DNA of 62,873 nt, counting the filler, from Octopus bimaculoides (lineage: Eukaryota): assembly GCF_001194135.2 (NCBI RefSeq). It is 6 parts of 6 records of this genome, joined end to end, with 100 filler letters (N's around TTAATTAATTAA, not from the genome) between each part and the next. Parts side by side here need not be neighbours in the genome. Positions count along the whole stretch, not along the records: positions 60,850 to 62,873 come from NC_068996.1; 5 more parts are not named here. The stretch is one strand, 5' to 3'. Both the position numbers and the translations under genes were made by a program. Below are positions 61,990 through 62,873 of this stretch, one piece after another (position 1 is the stretch's first letter; each line of letters begins with the position of its first letter). The notes below the pieces were generated by a model. The model was not told where the DNA came from and did not search any database. It worked only from the letters and a program-made list of their open reading frames with translations.

Positions 61990-62873
61990 TCTATACTATA
62001 TATAAAATAGAGATGTGTGTGTAATCGCTTATCACGTGAAAACGGCTTCACTGTTTACTTCCATACTTGTGATGCAGGAATAATTTGACCTCGGATAAAT
62101 CTTAGGCTCTTCATTTGATTTTTTTTATTAAGATAGATAATATTGCTTTATATTTAAGATNNNNNNNNNNTCTTAGGCTCTTCATTTGATTTTTTTTATT
62201 AAGATAGATAATATTGCTTTATATTTAAGATTCACTTCTTTAAAAATGTTCCTCAATGTCAACTTCCGGTAGCCATAATTTTTTCTTCACTTTAATTTCA
62301 ATCGTTACTGTTCGCACTAAAAGTTTACTCACATTTACTGATGTAAGTAATTTCATCATTTACTAACAGAAGTACGGTTTTGTGTTGCTGTTTCGTTCAC
62401 TGAGTGACAAATTTCGATTCAACATCACTTTAACTTCAATTGTTACTGTTCTCAATAAAAGTTTACGTTTTCAATCACTAACAAGTTCACATTTACTGAT
62501 GTAAGTAATTTCATCATTTATTAACAGAAGTACGGTTTCGTGTTTCCCTGTTGCTGAGGTTTTTTTTTTTTTCTGGTTCCTTCGATACAGGCTGTTTGGT
62601 TCACTGAGTGACAAATTTCGATTCAACATCACTTTCACTTCAATCGTTACTGTTCTCAATAAAAGTTTACATTTTCAATCGCTAACAAGTTCACATTTAC
62701 TGATGTCAGTAACTTCATCATTTACTAACAGAAGTACGCTTTTGTGTTTTCCTGTTGCTGAGGTTTTCTTTTTTTCTGGTACCTTCGATACTGGCTGTTT
62801 GGTTCACTGAGTGACAAATTTCGATTCAACATCACTTTCACTTCAATCGTTACTGTTCTCAATAAAAGTTTAC
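61990..62873 (+). mobile_element. Helitron-like 5' end followed by an about 204-bp tandem array running off the window
   Basis: A|TCTATACTATATATAAAATAGAGATGTGTGTGT; GTTCACTGAGTGACAAATTTCGATTCAACATCACTTT at 62395, 62599 and 62802. Confidence 0.6.

Overview
AT-rich, microsatellite-dense, gapped animal genomic DNA. The SINE families, (GAT)n-tailed RTE-type elements and N44-TTAATTAATTAA-N44 gap fillers point to an Octopus assembly, probably O. bimaculoides (inference from recall; no search was run). Most of the window is transposon debris: three tRNA-derived SINE families, RTE LINE pieces, mariner, Tigger, hAT-like and piggyBac-like MITEs, Helitron ends and simple repeats. The best-supported gene is a spliced + strand gene with three phase-compatible exons (20502-20697, 21176-21320, 22488-22624). 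It encodes the N-terminal part of a bacterial-type PhnD/phosphonate ABC-transporter substrate-binding protein fold and keeps an STTG match to the STSG anion-binding motif. A candidate upstream exon (9316-9387) would add a Cys-cluster/polybasic N-terminus; the C-terminal exons were not found. The second highlight is a 468-bp insertion (30576-31043) with a 12-bp TSD. It is a 200-bp near-perfect fold-back built from a tRNA-like head plus a Penelope-type minimal hammerhead ribozyme motif, and a second, variant hammerhead-like family occurs at 49551 and 53658. Weaker candidates are a decayed coding region at 1264-4640 and two phase-compatible minus-strand exons at 55993-56786. Repeat boundaries are approximate unless a TSD or TIR is quoted.
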